Positions 34,458 to 37,064 of a stretch of DNA of 37,064 nt are shown piece by piece; within the stretch, counting starts at the first letter, position 1, and every line of letters starts with the position of its first letter. The stretch comes from a virus (lineage: Duplodnaviria > Caudoviricetes), in IMG/VR virus record IMGVR_UViG_3300031452_000012, positions 1 to 37,064 of that record; one strand, given 5' to 3'. A program made the position numbers and the translations under genes. Under the pieces are notes generated by a model, which did not search any database, was not told the origin of the DNA, and was given only the letters and a program-made list of their open reading frames with translations.

Positions 34458-34787
34458 TTAGGCATTTGCGAGGTCGCGGTAGCGCGGGCGAATGCTGGAC
34501 CCGTCGCGGCGCGTGAGGGTGCCCATCGGCAGCATCTTGGCGACCAGCCCCCGGTCATGGTTTGAGACCTTGCTCGGCGCTTGGAGGATGCGGTCCGCCA
34601 GCTCGCCGATGTCCACGGGCCAGCGGCAGCCGCCGGCGCTGGCAACATGGCCGTGGCACCCGACAGCGGGATCGGCAACAGCTGCAGATCGCACGGCTTT
34701 GAGTGCGTTCTTTTTGTCTTTCTTCGTCTGACGGTTCAACGGGTTTCTCCCAAAGGTAGGGTAAGCGAAAAAAGGCGGGGCAAACAA
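34458..34787 (-). CDS. Hypothetical protein, start uncertain
   Basis: Open frame between terminator and ParB gene; no clear RBS. Confidence 0.35.
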   Translation of the reverse strand: MFAPPFFAYPTFGRNPLNRQTKKDKKNALKAVRSAAVADPAVGCHGHVASAGGCRWPVDIGELADRILQAPSKVSNHDRGLVAKMLPMGTLTRRDGSSIRPRYRDLANA

Positions 34788-34819
34788 AAATCCAGCCGTA
34801 GCAGTAGCTACGCTGGATT
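34782..34819 (-). terminator. Intrinsic terminator in late leader
   Basis: Minus strand AATCCAGCGTAGC-TACT-GCTACGGCTGGATT-TTTGTTT. Confidence 0.7.
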
Positions 34820-34894
34820 CCCACGGGGTTTATGATCGCCGTAGACATAATCTACAACGGGCCGCCCGCAACCGGCACAAAAGGATGTACAGCC

Positions 34895-34924
34895 ATGATA
34901 GAGCAGGATACGTTCTGCTGTCAA
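34895..34924 (-). promoter_or_regulatory. Candidate late promoter
   Basis: Minus strand TTGACA 34924-34919, 18 bp, TATCAT 34900-34895. Confidence 0.65.
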
Positions 34925-35003
34925 GGGATTTGGCGAAAATGGCACTAAAATCGTTGCGGCCGGCTCAGGTGATGGCACGAGATCTGAAATCCTGGAGGTG
35001 AAA

Positions 35004-35237
35004 TTACGCTTTACGGGATAGCCTCGACACCGGATGCAGGCCAGATTTGGTCAGTATCTCAAACGCCCGCCCTTCACGGGTTTCCGACTCCCCCTGAGAG
35101 ATGTGCAGCAGGCACAGCGGGTGGTGGCCGCCGTGGCAGATGCTGTTGACCGCGAACTTCTTTTTGGGTTTCCAGGTGTCGCAAAGAGAACAGTAGCGAT
35201 AGCCGGCCTCGAACTCATGGGGCAAAAGGTTTCTCAA
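35004..35237 (-). CDS. Small Cys-rich (Zn-finger-like) protein
   Basis: CSLC..KPKKKF..C..C; start overlaps upstream stop. Confidence 0.6.
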   Translation of the reverse strand: MRNLLPHEFEAGYRYCSLCDTWKPKKKFAVNSICHGGHHPLCLLHISQGESETREGRAFEILTKSGLHPVSRLSRKA

Positions 35238-36607
35238 TGATTGGTTCCTAACCCTTCTTCCCGGCTTGCCTGCTCCATCAGCAGGGCGTCGGGTTCCATC
35301 AGCAGGGCGTCGGGTTCCATCAGCAGGGCGTCGGGTTCCATCAGCAGGGCGTCGGGTTCCATCAGCAGGGCGTCGGGTTCCATCAGCAGGGCGTCGCGTA
35401 GCTTCTCCCAGTTGCGGCGCGGGCCGACCGGCATCAGCATCGGGTCGCCAGCTTTCTCAAGGGCGGGGGCGTGGCACGAAAACTGCTGCCGGAAACGCGC
35501 CGTCGCTTCAGCTTTGACCTGCTCCCGCTTGTCCTCGGTCAAGTCGTCCCAGGCGGCCTGAAGAGCCGCCTGGCCGGCCTCCTCGGCCCGGCGATCTGCG
35601 TCCTCACGCTCCTCCGCCTCCCGGTCCCGCTGTGCGGATCGCTCCAATCGGTGCTGCTGCTCCGCCTCGCGCTGCTTCGCCTGGCTGTAGCTCGCCGGGA
35701 CGGCCCACCCGTCCTCGATGGATTTCACCAGCGTCGCGGCGGGGTCCCGGATCGGCTTTGGCGTACCGGCCTTCTCCCGGATTCGGTGCGGCAGCCACTC
35801 GACCTGGTGCCGGATCTGCTCACAGGTCCGCCGACGGCACAGCTCTTCGGCGGTCAGGTCCGAGACTCCCAAAGCCCGGAGGGAAGCAACAACAACCTCC
35901 CGGCACTCGGTGTCGGTACCGGCCGGGGCGGCGCGTTCCGGCTCTGGCGCGGGGCTAGGCTCCGGTGGGGAGGTAGGAGGGGTTGTTGTTGTGTTCGCTT
36001 CGCTGGGAAGGGACTCGGAAGGAAGGGAAGGGATAGGACTCGGAGGGAAGAGGGCATTGCTAACCGATGCTTGCGGCAATGCGGCTTGATGCTCGGAGTA
36101 ATGCCCGTTTATGCTACTGGCATCTTGGAGCATTGCCGTTTGTGCATCGGATTGCGCCTGAGCATCGGTCCCCGGAGTCGTCCCGGTGGCCCGCTTACGC
36201 CCGGCGGCGTCCTGCTTTCCCCGCGTCGGGGTTTCTGGGGGGGCTTCGGCGTTGCCCCAGCGGACGTTGGCGGCGTTCTGCGCCTTCTGGGAGCGGGCGG
36301 GTGCCGTCACCGCCCACGGGTTATGTTCCGCCCAGTCGTGCAGGGACAGCGCGCCGTCCTCCGACCTGTCCAGCAGGCGCAGGTCCACCAGGGCGGCGAT
36401 GAAGGGCATGATGTCGCCCCCGTAGTCGCAGGCGATCCCGATGTCGTCGGCATCCATGTTCGTCAGCGCACCCGACGGCCGTTCCTGGGCGGCGAAGGCC
36501 ATGAGCTGCGCGTGGGCGAGTACGCCGTCCGCGCCCAAGCGGCGCTTGAGCTTCTGGACCTTCGGGTGCTTGAAGTAGCCGATGCTGAGGCGGAAATCCG
36601 AGTTCAT
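35234..36607 (-). CDS. Phage replication initiator / replisome organizer
   Basis: HPKVQKLKRRLG..LHDWAEHNP..ANVRW N-terminal wHTH pattern; Pro-rich linker; IRDPAATLVKSIEDGW domain. Confidence 0.75.
   Translation of the reverse strand: MNSDFRLSIGYFKHPKVQKLKRRLGADGVLAHAQLMAFAAQERPSGALTNMDADDIGIACDYGGDIMPFIAALVDLRLLDRSEDGALSLHDWAEHNPWAVTAPARSQKAQNAANVRWGNAEAPPETPTRGKQDAAGRKRATGTTPGTDAQAQSDAQTAMLQDASSINGHYSEHQAALPQASVSNALFPPSPIPSLPSESLPSEANTTTTPPTSPPEPSPAPEPERAAPAGTDTECREVVVASLRALGVSDLTAEELCRRRTCEQIRHQVEWLPHRIREKAGTPKPIRDPAATLVKSIEDGWAVPASYSQAKQREAEQQHRLERSAQRDREAEEREDADRRAEEAGQAALQAAWDDLTEDKREQVKAEATARFRQQFSCHAPALEKAGDPMLMPVGPRRNWEKLRDALLMEPDALLMEPDALLMEPDALLMEPDALLMEPDALLMEQASREEGLGTNH
35274..35396. 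repeat. In-frame repeat 21 bp x~6 (DALLMEP)
   Basis: TCCATCAGCAGGGCGTCGGGT. Confidence 0.97.
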
Positions 36608-36652
36608 GGCGCGCTTTCAATAAGGGTCGGTGTGACTGGCTGCGGTTCGGGA

Positions 36653-36687
36653 AGGGGCCGGCCTCGCGCAGCGCGAGGCCGGCCCCT
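36653..36687. repeat. Perfect 35-bp palindrome
   Basis: AGGGGCCGGCCTCGCGC-A-GCGCGAGGCCGGCCCCT. Confidence 0.95.
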
Positions 36688-36719
36688 GTGTCCGGGGACT
36701 GGCCCCTTGAGATCAGCCC

Positions 36720-36938
36720 CTAGCTCGTCGGCGCGACCGTGACCGGCACGGTGACGGCGGGGCCGCCCGCATCCGGCTGGGCGGTCCCCAGGACGACTTT
36801 ACCGGCCTTCTTTTCGGCCTGGTCAGTGAACAGGTACATGACGTGGACGGCGTGGGCGAGCAGGTGGTTGTGATTGGCGGCGATCACGTCGCGGGCGACG
36901 GCTTCGACCTCGGGCGCGGGAGAATAGTTAACGGGCAT
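36720..36938 (-). pseudogene. Truncated putative phage metallopeptidase
   Basis: APEVEAVARDVI..HNHL..VMYLF..GKVVLGTA resembles that family's N-terminus; ends at 72 aa with no HE motif. Confidence 0.45.
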
Positions 36939-36941
36939 CGG

Positions 36942-37064
36942 TTACGCCGCCTCCTGTGCGGCAACAATCTCCTGCGCGGCAACAATCTCCTGCGCGGCAA
37001 CAATCTCCTGCGCGGCAACAATCTCCTGCGCGGCAACAATCTCCTGCGCGGCAACAATCTCCTG
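36942..37064 (-). CDS. 3' end of a gene entering from the right edge
   Basis: (IVAAQE)n AA then TAA at 36944-36942, just before the 36938 ATG. Confidence 0.5.
   Translation of the reverse strand, partial: QEIVAAQEIVAAQEIVAAQEIVAAQEIVAAQEIVAAQEAA
36951..37064. repeat. Repeat 18 bp x6+ (cut by window edge)
   Basis: CTCCTGCGCGGCAACAAT. Confidence 0.97.

Larger units (their letters stand above)
127..37064. mobile_element. Prophage (siphovirus-like), right end outside window
   Basis: Integrase next to tRNA; terminase-portal-protease-capsid-neck-tube-chaperone-tape measure-Dit-tail tip-lysis gene order; no sheath gene; replication gene at right. Confidence 0.93.

Noticed and set aside
34555-34848. 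97-aa ORF in the late leader
   Set aside because: Spans the terminator and has no recognisable motif; cannot be supported as a gene
1-37064. Host taxonomy
   Set aside because: Only ~130 bp of host DNA is present, too little to assign

Overview
A GC-rich, long non-contractile-tail (siphovirus-type) prophage begins just downstream of a host tRNA-Thr(CGT) at 55-126 and runs off the right edge; no attR or immunity module is visible. Left to right: tyrosine integrase (+); an accessory/lysis region in which two near-identical + strand expression cassettes flank a - strand lysis module; a - strand late operon (tail, neck, capsid, protease/scaffold, portal, terminase); an ASCH/Mom-like/ParB cluster; a probable late promoter-terminator pair; and a replication initiator. 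The most striking feature is at least 21 unrelated, mostly perfect tandem arrays (12-30 bp units, 2-8 copies). Inside ORFs every unit is a multiple of 3. Many others sit exactly on gene junctions and multiply stop codons, Shine-Dalgarno sequences or start codons. Other highlights: the duplicated promoter-[variable cargo]-RHH cassette, an RNAP alphaCTD-like/XRE fusion, a GntR/sigma-like fusion, and a four-copy intergenic CCAATTGGGGA palindromic motif. All protein calls come from motif recognition by eye and gene order, not database searches.
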